Assembly: GCA_963718235.1 (NCBI GenBank)
Contig: CAVQYR010000001.1
Coordinates: 832,001 to 896,000, forward strand
Length of the DNA: 64,000 bases
Reading direction: 5' to 3'
From: an uncultured Actinomycetota bacterium
GTDB lineage: Bacteria; Actinomycetota; Actinomycetes; JAHEKZ01
Shown here: one piece after another, positions 52,114-64,000 of the stretch
How positions within the stretch are numbered: position 1 is the first letter of the stretch
Layout of the letters: each line of letters begins with the position of its first letter
The notes under the pieces: model-generated
Databases searched by the model: none
What the model was told of the DNA's origin: nothing
Seen by the model: the letters and a program-made list of their open reading frames with translations, nothing else
Position numbers and translations under genes: made by a program

Positions 52114-53532
52114 GTGACTGGTGACCTCTCCGCCGACGACGGCGTGCCCCCGGCTTTCTCGACCGCATCGTTCTCGACCGCATCGTTCAAGGCCTACGAC
52201 ATCCGTGGTCTGGTTCCCGACGACATCAACCCGGCGCTGGCCGCTGCCGTGGGCTCGGCCTTCGTCTCGGTCCTCGCGAAGGAGGGCCCGGTTCCCGGTG
52301 TCGTGGTCGGCTACGACATGCGACCGTCCTCGCCTGAGCTGGCGGAGGCGTTCGGCCGCGGTGCCGCGTCGCACGGCGTCGACGTGACGATCATCGGTCT
52401 GGCCAGCACCGACGAGCTGTACTTCGCCTCGGGGCTGCTCGGGCTCCCTGGTGCGATGTTCACCGCCAGCCACAACCCGGCCCAGTACAACGGCATCAAG
52501 CTGTGCCGGGCCGGGGCTGCGCCAGTGGGCCAGGAGTCGGGCCTGGCGGACATCGCCGCCCTGCTGGGAGGGGGCGCCGAGCGCGCGACCGCCGAGCGGG
52601 TGGGCGTGGTCACCCACCGCGACCTCCTTGCCGACTACAGCGCCTACCTGCACAGCCTGGTCGACCTCTCGGGGATCCGACCGCTGCGGGTCGTGGTCGA
52701 CGCGGGCAACGGCATGGCCGGTCTGACCGTCCCGGCCGTGCTGTCCGGCCTGCCGCTCACTGTGGTCCCGCTGTACTTCGAGCTCGACGGGACGTTCCCC
52801 AACCACGAGGCGAACCCGATCGAGCCGGCGAACCTGCGCGACCTGCAGGCCGCGGTGCTGGAGCACGGTGCCGATCTCGGGCTCGCCTTCGACGGCGACG
52901 CCGACCGGTGCTTCGTCGTCGACGAGCGGGGCAGCGTCGTCTCGCCGAGCGTGCTGACCGCGCTGATCGCCGCCCGCGAGCTGGACCGCGTCCCCGGGTC
53001 TGCGGTGATCCACAACCTGATCACCTCCCGCACGGTGGCCGAGGTGGTGCGCGAGCACGGCGGCACCCCCGTCCGAACCAGAGTCGGGCACTCGTTCATC
53101 AAGCAGGTCATGGCCGAGACCGGTGCGGTCTTCGGTGGTGAGCACTCCGGACACTTCTACTTCCGCGAGTTCTGGCGGGCCGACTCCGGCATGCTCGCGG
53201 CGCTGCACGTGCTGGCCGCGCTGGGCGAGCAGCCCGGCACGTTGTCGAGCCTGCTGGCCGCGTACGACCGCTACGCAGCCAGCGGCGAGGTGAACTCGAC
53301 GGTGGCCGACCAGACGGCGTCCATGCAGGCGGTCCGGTCCGCCTACGTGGGGCGTGAGGGGGTCGAGACGGACGAGCTCGACGGGCTCACCGTCTCGGCT
53401 GCCGACTGGTGGTTCAACGTGCGGCCCAGCAACACCGAACCGCTGCTGCGGCTCAACGTCGAGGCCCGCGACGAGGCGCAGATGGCGGCGGTCCGCGACG
53501 AGGTGCTGGCGCTGATCCGAGGGGCTTCCTGA
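52114..53532 (+). CDS. manB: Phosphomannomutase/phosphoglucomutase
   Basis: FKAYDIRG, TASHNP, FDGDADR, GGEHSGH, RPSNTEP. Confidence 0.94.
   Translation: MTGDLSADDGVPPAFSTASFSTASFKAYDIRGLVPDDINPALAAAVGSAFVSVLAKEGPVPGVVVGYDMRPSSPELAEAFGRGAASHGVDVTIIGLASTDELYFASGLLGLPGAMFTASHNPAQYNGIKLCRAGAAPVGQESGLADIAALLGGGAERATAERVGVVTHRDLLADYSAYLHSLVDLSGIRPLRVVVDAGNGMAGLTVPAVLSGLPLTVVPLYFELDGTFPNHEANPIEPANLRDLQAAVLEHGADLGLAFDGDADRCFVVDERGSVVSPSVLTALIAARELDRVPGSAVIHNLITSRTVAEVVREHGGTPVRTRVGHSFIKQVMAETGAVFGGEHSGHFYFREFWRADSGMLAALHVLAALGEQPGTLSSLLAAYDRYAASGEVNSTVADQTASMQAVRSAYVGREGVETDELDGLTVSAADWWFNVRPSNTEPLLRLNVEARDEAQMAAVRDEVLALIRGAS
52156..52188 (+). repeat. 15-bp direct duplication TTCTCGACCGCATCG x2
   Basis: Read directly; encodes FSTAS-FSTAS-F just before the conserved FKAYD motif. 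Confidence 0.85.
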
Positions 53533-53738
53533 TGCCCGGTCTGGACCCGATGCTGCTCGAGGTGCTGGCGTGCCCGGTCTGCATCGCGACGGTGACCCCC
53601 CGGCCGAGCGCCGAGGACGCCACATTCCTCGTCTGCGGCACCTGCGGCCGCCGCTACCCGGTGCGTGACGGTATCCCGGTGATGCTGGTCGACGAGGCAC
53701 AAGGCGGACCCGACCGACCCGACGGGTCGACGCCGTGA
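53532..53738 (+). CDS. Trm112-family protein
   Basis: LDP.LLEVLACPVC...C..CGRRYPVRDGIPVMLVDEA. Confidence 0.92.
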   Translation: MPGLDPMLLEVLACPVCIATVTPRPSAEDATFLVCGTCGRRYPVRDGIPVMLVDEAQGGPDRPDGSTP

Positions 53739-54841
53739 CCCAGGTCGTCGACCAGCCGTTCCTGGACGACCTCGAGGGACTGCGCGCCGGCGACCCCAGC
53801 GACATGCTGGGCGCGGTCGCCAGCGCTGGCGCGCAGGTGCGGCAGGCCCTGGCCACCTGCGACGCCGTCGGGCTCGACGCGGTCCGGGAGTTCGGACGTC
53901 CGCGGGCGGTCGTGGTGGCCGGGATGGGGGGGTCGGGGATCGCCGGCCATGTGCTGCAGGCGGCCGCGGGACCGGAGTGCCCGGTTCCCGTCGAGCGGGT
54001 CCGCGGGTGGACGCTGCCGGCCTGGGTCGGCCCCGACGACCTGGTGATCGCGGTGTCCAGCTCGGGGCGCACCGCCGAGACCGCTGCCTGCACCAGCGAG
54101 GCGTTGACCCGCGGCGCCCGGGTGATCGTGGTCGCCGCCGACGGGTCGCCGCTGGTCGACCAGGCAAGGGCGGCCGGCGTCCCGTGGGTGCCCGTCCCCT
54201 CCGGGCGGCCGCCCAGGGCCAACCTGTGGGCCCTGTCGGTCCCGCTGCTGGTGGCCGCCGACGCCGTCGGGATCGTCGACGCGCCGTGGGAGGAGCTCGC
54301 GGCCGTGGCCGACCTGCTCGACGGCGTGGCGGGTCGTTGTTCCCCCACCGTGTCGCGGACGACGAACCCGGCCAAGCTGCTGGCCGAGGAGCTGTCCGGG
54401 ACGCTGCCGATGATCTGGGGCAGCAGCGACCTCGCCGGGATCGCGGCGTACCGGCTGCTGTGCCAGCTCGCCGAGAACGCGAAGTACCCGTCGGTGAACG
54501 GCGTGCTGCCCGAGGCCCTGCACAACCAGGTCGTCACCTTCGACGGCCGCTGGGTCGGCGCCGACGCGTCCACGCCGTTGCGCCTGGTCCTGCTGCGCGA
54601 CACCGTCGAGCACCCCAACGTGACGACGTCGGCCCTCGCGGCCCAGGAGCTCGCCGTCACCGACGGCGTTCCGGTGAGCACCGTCGTGGCCGTCGGTCGG
54701 CACCCACTGCAGCGGATGGCCAGCCTGGTGGCGGTGGGGGACTTCGCCAGCGTGTACCTGGGGCTCCTGCAGCAGCTCGACCCGACACCGATCGCGCCGA
54801 TCGAGGCTCTCAAGGCCCGGCTGGCGGCGCACCCCGGATGA
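53735..54841 (+). CDS. SIS-domain bifunctional phosphoglucose/phosphomannose isomerase-like protein
   Basis: [36 protein letters not shown]. Confidence 0.85.
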   Translation: MTQVVDQPFLDDLEGLRAGDPSDMLGAVASAGAQVRQALATCDAVGLDAVREFGRPRAVVVAGMGGSGIAGHVLQAAAGPECPVPVERVRGWTLPAWVGPDDLVIAVSSSGRTAETAACTSEALTRGARVIVVAADGSPLVDQARAAGVPWVPVPSGRPPRANLWALSVPLLVAADAVGIVDAPWEELAAVADLLDGVAGRCSPTVSRTTNPAKLLAEELSGTLPMIWGSSDLAGIAAYRLLCQLAENAKYPSVNGVLPEALHNQVVTFDGRWVGADASTPLRLVLLRDTVEHPNVTTSALAAQELAVTDGVPVSTVVAVGRHPLQRMASLVAVGDFASVYLGLLQQLDPTPIAPIEALKARLAAHPG

Positions 54842-55808
54842 GCGCCGAGGGAGGGACCCGGGCGATCATCGCCGCCCTGCTGGCAAACCTCGGGATCGCG
54901 GTCACCAAGTTCGTCGCCTACCTGGTCAGCGGGTCCTCGTCGATGCTCGCCGAGTCGATCCACTCCCTGGCCGACTCGGGCAACCAGGTGCTCCTGCTCG
55001 TCGGTGGTCGACGCGCCCGCCGGGTCGCCACTCCGTTGCACCCGTTCGGCTACGGCCGGGAGCGGTACGTCTACGCGTTCATCGTGTCGATCGTGCTGTT
55101 CAGCGTCGGCGGCCTGTTCTCGGTGTACGAGGGCGTCCACAAGATCCAGCACCCCGAGCCCATCCGCGACGCGTGGCTTCCGCTCACGGTGCTCCTGGTC
55201 GCCATCGTGCTGGAGGGGTTCTCGCTGCGGACGGCGGTCAGGGAGTCCAACCGGGTCCGGCCGGCGGGTCAGGGGTGGGTCCAGTTCGTCCGGCGGGCCA
55301 AGGCCCCCGAGCTGCCGGTCGTGCTGCTGGAGGACACCGCGGCGCTGCTCGGGCTGGCGCTGGCACTGGTCGGCGTCGGTGCGGCTGTGGTCACTGGCGA
55401 CGGCGTGTGGGACGGCGTCGGCACGGTCATGATCGGCGTCCTGCTCGTCGTGGTCGCGGTCGTGCTCGGCATCGAGACGAAGTCGCTCCTGCTCGGCGAG
55501 GGTGCCTCCCCGGCCGATGTCGCGGCGATCGAGACCGCCCTGCCCGGCGACGGCGTCGGCCGGGTCATCCACATGAAGACCCTGTACCTCGGCCCCGACG
55601 AGCTCCTCGTGGCCGCCAAGGTGGCCGTCGACCCGAGGCACTCCGGTGCCGACATCGCCGCCGCGATCGACGCGGCGGAGGCCCGGGTGCGGGCAGCGGT
55701 GCCGCTGGCCCGGGTGATCTACCTCGAGCCGGACCTCGACCAGCTCGGCCAAGGAGCCCGGCCGACCGACGCCGGGTACCCTGGGTTCACCCTCGACCAG
55801 GAGATCCC

Positions 55809-55812
<4 letters not shown>
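54838..55812 (+). CDS. Cation diffusion facilitator family transporter
   Basis: [47 protein letters not shown]. Confidence 0.92.
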
Positions 55813-57278
<1,466 letters not shown>

Positions 57279-57407
57279 CCCGCAAGCGACCGGCGAGCAT
57301 GGGGTGGAGGGTGCTCAATGGGCATTGCGGTGCTCGGAACGGGTCAGGTCGGGGAGGCCCTCGTGACTGCTCTGGTCGTCCCGGCCCGTGACTGAGCTCC
57401 CGTCGCG

Positions 57408-58136
57408 GTGAGTCGATGGGCGCGGGTCGTCGGGCCGCCCCAGGGTCGCTGGGGCCTGGGTGCGGCGGCCTTGGCCCTGCTGCCGATCCTGGTGCTGGCC
57501 GGCTGGGGCGCGTGGCTCACCGCCCAGCCCGGCTCGGCCGACGTCGACCTCGGACCGCTGGGTGCGATCGGCGCCTGGGTCGTGGTCGTCTCGGTCGTGG
57601 TGCCGTGGGTGTGGCTCGCCGGGGTGCCGATGGTCGCCTCGTACCTGCGCGGTCCCGGCTGGACCCGGGCCTACGGACTGGTCGTGTCCCGTCGGGCGCT
57701 GGTCTGGGGGCTCGGCGGAGGTGTGGTCACGTTCGTGGTCATCGCCGCCGCCGTGGTCGTGAGCGAGTGGGTCCGTGACACCGAGATCTCGGCCTCGGCG
57801 GCCGACCTCGCCCTGGACATCGCCGACTACCCGGTGGCCTTCGCGGTCTTCTTGCTGCTGATCGCCTTCGGTGCTCCGTTCGTCGAGGAGCTCGCCTTCC
57901 GTGGGCTGCTCTGGGGGGCCATCGTCAAGCACGGCTGGTCCCCGTGGGTCGCCACGGTGGTCGCCGGTGTCCTGTTCGGTGCCTTCCACGGCGAGCCCAC
58001 CCGGCTCGTCGCCTTGTCGTTGGGGGGCGTCGTGCTGGGGGTCGTGCGCCAGTTCGGCGGCCTCGGGGCGGCGATGACCGCCCACGCGGTCGTCAACCTG
58101 GTCGGTGCGCTGCAGCTGTACGCGACCACCCGCTGA
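57408..58136 (+). CDS. CPBP-family intramembrane metalloprotease (Abi/CAAX)
   Basis: EELAFRG, FGAFH, H...N motifs; multi-TM. Confidence 0.88.
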   Translation: MSRWARVVGPPQGRWGLGAAALALLPILVLAGWGAWLTAQPGSADVDLGPLGAIGAWVVVVSVVVPWVWLAGVPMVASYLRGPGWTRAYGLVVSRRALVWGLGGGVVTFVVIAAAVVVSEWVRDTEISASAADLALDIADYPVAFAVFLLLIAFGAPFVEELAFRGLLWGAIVKHGWSPWVATVVAGVLFGAFHGEPTRLVALSLGGVVLGVVRQFGGLGAAMTAHAVVNLVGALQLYATTR

Positions 58137-58169
58137 CCGGGTCGGCGGCCGGCGCGTTGCGGGCCCGGC

Positions 58170-59038
58170 TCAGCCTGGCGGGGTGAGCCCGGCCGGGGGG
58201 GCGGCGGCGTCGGGTCGACCACCGGCGGCACCGGGTCCCCCGCCGCCGGGTTCACCGGCTGCGGGCCGACGGGAGCGGCCGACAGGGCCCGTCGCCGTCG
58301 CTCGGCGACCACCGTCTGCACGTACAGCTCGGCCGGCAGCCCGGCCGGAGGTGCCGGGGTCACGACGCTTGAGAGTTCGTGGGCGAGACTGCTGGCCAGC
58401 TGATGCCGGGCCTCGGGGGTGAGCTGTCCGGCCCGGCCGAGGTACTGCCGGGCGTTCAGGGCGAGCCCGTCGGGCAGCCGGCTCAGGTCGAGCGTGGCCG
58501 CCCACCCGGCCAGCGTCGGGGGAACCGACGGCAGCACCGCGCCGGACGACGGCGCGCGCTCGCGCACGACCACGGTGCCGGCCAGGTAGTCACCGACCCG
58601 CTTGCCCTCCGCCGAGGTGAGGCTCGTGAGGATCGCGATGAAGCCGAAGAACAGGTACAGCTCGACCAGGCCCATGAGCCCCCTGACCAGCGCGTGGCGG
58701 AACCGCTCAGCCCCACCGTCGTCGCGCACGACCCGTAGGCCCAGGGCGAGCTTGCCCAGGGTCCGGCCGCGGGTCAGCGACTCGCAGGCCACCGGGTAGC
58801 CGAGGAACACGCCCAGGACGCCGACGAAGAACAGCACGTAGCCGAGGGTCGGGTCGACCGAGCCGGCCACCGAGCTGAGCAGGAAGGTGACGGCGACCAG
58901 CAGCAGCAGCTGTACGGCGAGGTCGATGAAGAAGGCGAGGGACCGGCTGGGGAGCTTGGCCAGGCGCAGCTCGACCACCACGGCGTCACCGGTGACCAGG
59001 CCGCCCCCGAAACCGCGAGTGGCGGCGTGGTCGCTCAT
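58170..59038 (-). CDS. RDD-family membrane protein; probable frameshift in the G7 run at 58195-58201
   Basis: LVTGDAV, SR.LA..ID, GRTLGK..LGLRVVRDDG, KRVGD..AGT.V; natural-looking end (PPAGLTPPG*) lies in frame 58170, whereas the uncorrected frame overlaps the CPBP gene. Confidence 0.82.
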
Positions 59039-59081
59039 GGACTCCCCTCGGGCGCTGCTGCGACGGCTAGTCTGCCCGACG

Positions 59082-60083
59082 ATGGATCTGGACGGGTTCG
59101 TGGCGCGCCACCGCGACGAGTGGGACCGGCTCGACGTGCTGGTGCGGCGTCGTCGGCTCACCGGCGCCGAGTGCGACGAGCTGATCACCGGCTACCAGCG
59201 GGTCGCCACCCAGCTGTCGACGGTGCGGGCGTCGGCCCCCGACCCGGCCCTGGTCTCCCGGCTGTCCACGCTGGTCGCGCGGGCCCGCGGGCGGGCGACC
59301 GGTTCGCACAGCCTGGTCACCACCGACGTCGCCCGGTTCTTCCTCGTGACCTTCCCGGTCACCGTCTACCGCGCCCGGTGGTGGGTCCTGGGCGCGGCGG
59401 CCGGATCCGTCCTGGTCGCCGTGGCCCTGGGGGCGTGGGTGGCCACCCACCCGGACATCCAGTCGTCGCTGGCCGCGCCCGCCGACATCAAGGCGCTGGT
59501 CGAGAACGACTTCGAGGACTACTACTCCTCGGCCCCGGCCGGGTCGTTCGCGGCCCGGGTCTGGACCAACAACGCCTGGGTGGCCGCGTTGTCGATCGCC
59601 TTCGGCGGCCTGCTCGGCCTGCCGGTGCTGTGGGTCCTCTGGCAGAACGCCTCGAACGTCGGCGTCACCGGTGGGTTCATGGCGGCCAACGACCGGCTCG
59701 ACCTGTTCTTCGGCCTGATCCTGCCGCACGGTCTGCTGGAGCTGACCGCCGTCTTCGTGGCCGCGGGCCTCGGTCTGCGACTGGGCTGGACGGTGGTCGA
59801 CCCGGGCCGCGACCGGACCCGGGCGGTCGCGTTCGGCCAGGAGGGCCGAGCCGCGATGTCGGCCGCGGTCGGCCTGGTGGTGGTCCTCCTGGTGTCCGGG
59901 GTGATCGAGGCCTTCGTGACCCCGTCCGGCCTGCCCACGGCGGCCCGGGTCGGGATCGGGGTCCTCGCCCTCGTCGGGTTCGTCGCCTACGTCGGGGTCC
60001 TGGGCCACCGCGCGGACGCTGCAGGGGAGACCGGCGACCTCGGCGTGGCCGAGGCCGGCGCGGTCGCCCCGACGTCCGGCTGA
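59082..60083 (+). CDS. SpoIIM/DUF95-family membrane protein
   Basis: MDLD.FV..H..EW.RL, VWTNN, ILPHGLLELTA, SGVIEAFVTP; TAGTCT 8 nt before the ATG. Confidence 0.9.
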   Translation: MDLDGFVARHRDEWDRLDVLVRRRRLTGAECDELITGYQRVATQLSTVRASAPDPALVSRLSTLVARARGRATGSHSLVTTDVARFFLVTFPVTVYRARWWVLGAAAGSVLVAVALGAWVATHPDIQSSLAAPADIKALVENDFEDYYSSAPAGSFAARVWTNNAWVAALSIAFGGLLGLPVLWVLWQNASNVGVTGGFMAANDRLDLFFGLILPHGLLELTAVFVAAGLGLRLGWTVVDPGRDRTRAVAFGQEGRAAMSAAVGLVVVLLVSGVIEAFVTPSGLPTAARVGIGVLALVGFVAYVGVLGHRADAAGETGDLGVAEAGAVAPTSG

Positions 60084-60089
60084 CCGCGC

Positions 60090-61382
60090 TCAGAGCCGGC
60101 CGGCCGCCTTGAGGGCGAGATAGGCGTCGGCCAGCCGTGGGGCCAGCTGGTCCGGACCGGCGTCGACGACCTCGGCGCCGAGCCGGCGCAGCGACTGCTC
60201 CACCCGACGCCGTTCGGCCATGGTCTGCTCGGCCGACGCGGCCGCGTACACCGCCGACGCGTCGGACCGGTCGGCCGCCATCGCCGAGACGACCGGGTCG
60301 GAGACCGACGCCAGGAGGACCAGGTGGCGGGCGGTGAGCCGGCGCAGCACGGGCAGCAGCCCCTCCTCCACCGCGGCTGGCTCGAGCGGGCTCAGCAGCA
60401 CGACGAGCGAGCGCCGTCGCACCCGGCGCAGCACCTCGCCCACGACGCCACGCCAGTCGGTCTCGACCAGGGACGCCTCGACCGGCGCCAGCACCCGGGT
60501 CAGGGTGGGCAGCAGGGTCCCGCCCGTCTCGCCGCGCACGAAGCCCCGGATCCCCCGGTCCCACACGAGCAGCTCGACCCGGTCGCCGGCCCGCGAGGCC
60601 AGCACGGCCAGCAGCAGGGCCGCCTCGATCTGGGCGTCGAGCCGGGGCTCGTCACCGACCCGACCGGCCGAGGTGCGTCCGGCGTCGATGACCAGCACGA
60701 CGTGGCGGTCGCGCTCGGGCCGCCAGGTGCGGACCATGACGTCGTCGGCGCGCGCACTGGCCCGCCAGTCGATCGAGCGGACGTCGTCGCCCACGACGTA
60801 CTCGCGCAGGGAGTCGAACTCCGTGCCCTGGCCACGGACCTGGACCGCTGTGCGGCCGTCGAGGTCGCGCAGCCGGGCCAGCCGGCTGGGCAGGTGGGCG
60901 CGGGAGCGGAAGGGCGGCAGCACGTCCACCGTCCAGGGCGCGGCCAGCGAACGCTGTCGGCCGGCCAGCCCCAGGGGGCCGAGCGCGCGCACGGTGACCC
61001 GGTCGGCCGTCCGCGGGCCGCGCCGGGTCGGTCGCAGGTGGGTGGTGACGAACCGCCGCTGCCCGGGGGGGACGTCGACGGCGTGGCGGGAGTCGGTGAC
61101 CCCGGCCGACGGGGGCCACGCGTCACGCACGGTGCCGACCAGCCGGCGCCGGCCCGGGTTGGTGACCGCGAGCTGCACGGCGGCGGCGTCGTCCAGCCGG
61201 GTCACCCGGTCCCCTGACCGGTCCACCGTCACCACGCGCAGCGACCCGGCCAGGGCCAGGTCGACGCCGACCAGGACCGCGAGCAGCCCGTTCAGCAGCC
61301 AGAACGCCCCCCACGACGTGGCGACCAGGAGCACGCCCGCGCCGAGTGCGGCGACCAGGGCGAGGCGTCCGGTGACCACCAT
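60090..61382 (-). CDS. DUF58 (vWA-like) protein
   Basis: GQGTEFDSLREYV.GDDVRSIDWRASAR, ERDR.V..V.D.GR. Confidence 0.92.
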   Translation of the reverse strand: MVVTGRLALVAALGAGVLLVATSWGAFWLLNGLLAVLVGVDLALAGSLRVVTVDRSGDRVTRLDDAAAVQLAVTNPGRRRLVGTVRDAWPPSAGVTDSRHAVDVPPGQRRFVTTHLRPTRRGPRTADRVTVRALGPLGLAGRQRSLAAPWTVDVLPPFRSRAHLPSRLARLRDLDGRTAVQVRGQGTEFDSLREYVVGDDVRSIDWRASARADDVMVRTWRPERDRHVVLVIDAGRTSAGRVGDEPRLDAQIEAALLLAVLASRAGDRVELLVWDRGIRGFVRGETGGTLLPTLTRVLAPVEASLVETDWRGVVGEVLRRVRRRSLVVLLSPLEPAAVEEGLLPVLRRLTARHLVLLASVSDPVVSAMAADRSDASAVYAAASAEQTMAERRRVEQSLRRLGAEVVDAGPDQLAPRLADAYLALKAAGRL

Positions 61383-61396
61383 GGAGCGCGTCGCCG

Positions 61397-62382
<986 letters not shown>

Positions 62383-62386
<4 letters not shown>

Positions 62387-63549
62387 CGGGGTCCAACCTC
62401 CTGCTCGAGTGCGTCGAGGGCACGGGCCAGGCCGACGAGCTCGGTGTCGTCCCCTGGAGTCGGACCGTACAACAGGTGTCGCACCGACTCCGCCGGCCGA
62501 CCCGTCGCGCGCGCCACGGCCGAGACCACCCCCTGCGGGGCACTGGAAGCGGGCAGGTGGAGGGGACCCAGCAGGCGGGCCACGGTGGCCTCGCGCAGGT
62601 GGACCGACGCGACGTCCCTGGCCCGGTTGCGCTGGTAGAGCCGGGCCCGGCCCTCGGTCGTCTCGGCGGCCCGGACGACGACCGGCAGCGGCTCGACGAC
62701 GACCCGGCCGAGCCGGCGCCCCCGCCACCAGGCCAGGAGCGCCACGACCACGGCCGCCTGGGCCAGGAGCAGCCAGGTGACGTGGGGCAGGAGCGAGGTC
62801 AGCGACTGGGTGCCGTCGAGCTGCGGAGTGGGCAGCCACCACACCACGCTCGGCTGGGAGCCGATCAGGTCCAGGGCCAGGGCGGCGTTTCCGTCGTCGG
62901 CGAGCCGGTCGTTGGTGACGAAGCTGCTGCTGCCGACCACGGTGACCGCCCGGGTGGCGTCGCGCACCTGAGCGAGGGCGGCGGCGTCGCCCTCGGGGTA
63001 GCAGAGGTCACCGTCCTGGTCGGGGCCGGTCGACAGGTCGAAGCCCGTCCCGCCCAGCTCGACCTGGCCGGCCCGGAGGGCGGCCGGGAGCGCGCACACC
63101 GGCTGCCGGGGTCGCACGTCGACCTCGTCGACCACGGTGATCCCGACGAACGGCCCGGTGGCCTGCCACGGCGCTCCGAGCAGCACGACGTCGGCCGCCG
63201 CCCGGCTCAACGTGTCGAGCTGGTCGGGGGTGAGCAGCTCGGGGTAGGCCACGACCAGGGTCGACCCGGCTCCGGTCCGCAGCGCCTGGGCGGAGTCGGT
63301 TACCCGCGACACCGCGATGCCCTGGCCGCGCAGCACCTGCGCGACCGCCCGGGCGCCCCCGGGTGACGGTGAGTCGGGGTCGAGCCGGCCCTCGGCCCGG
63401 GGGGTCGCGACCCAGGCGGCCAGGAGCACGAACACCAGTGTTGCGACGCCGACCGCCAGGATGCGCAGCCGGGTCCGCCGCCCCCGTGCACCCTGGACCT
63501 CGACCGCCGAGGGGCCGGTGGGTGGCGCGGTGGTGGTGCCGGCGGTCAT
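62383..63549 (-). CDS. DUF4350-family membrane-anchored protein
   Basis: LDP....P.G.RA.AQVL, N..L...GNAALAL, W.RGRRLG.VV.EPLPVVVRA.ET..G.ARLY. Confidence 0.85.
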
Positions 63550-64000
63550 ACCAGCACCGCCTCGTCGAGCTGGACGAGCGCCTCGTAGACCTCGCGGTGT
63601 CCGGGGCGGCCGCCGTAGGCGACCTCGTCGAAGGCAGCCGCGCCCCGGCGCAGCCCGGACGCCAGCTCGGGGCGCAGGATCCCGGTCTCCGCTGCGGCCT
63701 CGTCGGCGGTGCGCCCGGGCCGCTCGTCGATGACGCCACGCTGTTCGAGGGTGCGCACGATCGCCCGGAACCGGTCGAGCACGGCGCCGTGGTAGTCACC
63801 AGCCGCAGCGGAGCGGGCCGAGGCCGCCCGGTAGTCGGCGGCGTCACGGACGCGTCCGACGAAGACCGGTGCGTCGCCCCCGCGGGCCCGACGCACCGAC
63901 CCCGTGCGGCGCAGAGCCACGAAGAGGACCAGGGCGAGCAGACCGACCAGGACCACCACCCAGCCGCCGTCGGCCACGCCGCTGACCAGGGTCGACAAGA
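63546..64000 (-). CDS. DUF4129-family membrane protein; 5'-truncated by the window edge
   Basis: RFRAIVR.LE.RG...PGRTADE, F.EV.YG motifs; position in the MoxR cluster. Confidence 0.85.
   Translation of the reverse strand, partial: LSTLVSGVADGGWVVVLVGLLALVLFVALRRTGSVRRARGGDAPVFVGRVRDAADYRAASARSAAAGDYHGAVLDRFRAIVRTLEQRGVIDERPGRTADEAAAETGILRPELASGLRRGAAAFDEVAYGGRPGHREVYEALVQLDEAVLV

Overview
High-GC actinobacterial (Actinomycetota) chromosomal segment, densely coding, with no rRNA, tRNA, CRISPR array or intact IS element. It follows a conserved core gene order: acyl-CoA carboxylase beta/epsilon-birA, a two-component system, gtrA, purK-purE, ugd, a cell-wall glycopolymer cluster (two LCPs, glf, two galactofuranosyl-type GTs, wzm/wzt), amidase and SpoIID/LytB, manC, F420 genes (fbiB, fbiA, fbiC), whiB, manB, ahcY and a MoxR/DUF58 cluster. 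The most unusual elements are: (1) three paralogous GAF-GGDEF proteins with an extra C-terminal GAF-like domain, one of them preceded by a near-consensus sigma-28/WhiG-type promoter that recurs before a small Zn-ribbon gene; (2) four tandem sulfotransferase-fold paralogues and a catalytically degenerate ABC ATPase inside a galactofuran export cluster; (3) a perfect 10 x 14-bp repeat encoding a chain of ATGA-overlapping MTERR mini-ORFs between an acyltransferase-SGNH gene and a methyltransferase-fbiC unit; (4) a DUF222-HNH gene with an exact PafBC/RecA-NDp-type promoter. Eight genes are frameshifted, most probably through assembly or long-read indel errors. All calls come from reading motifs by eye; no database searches were run.
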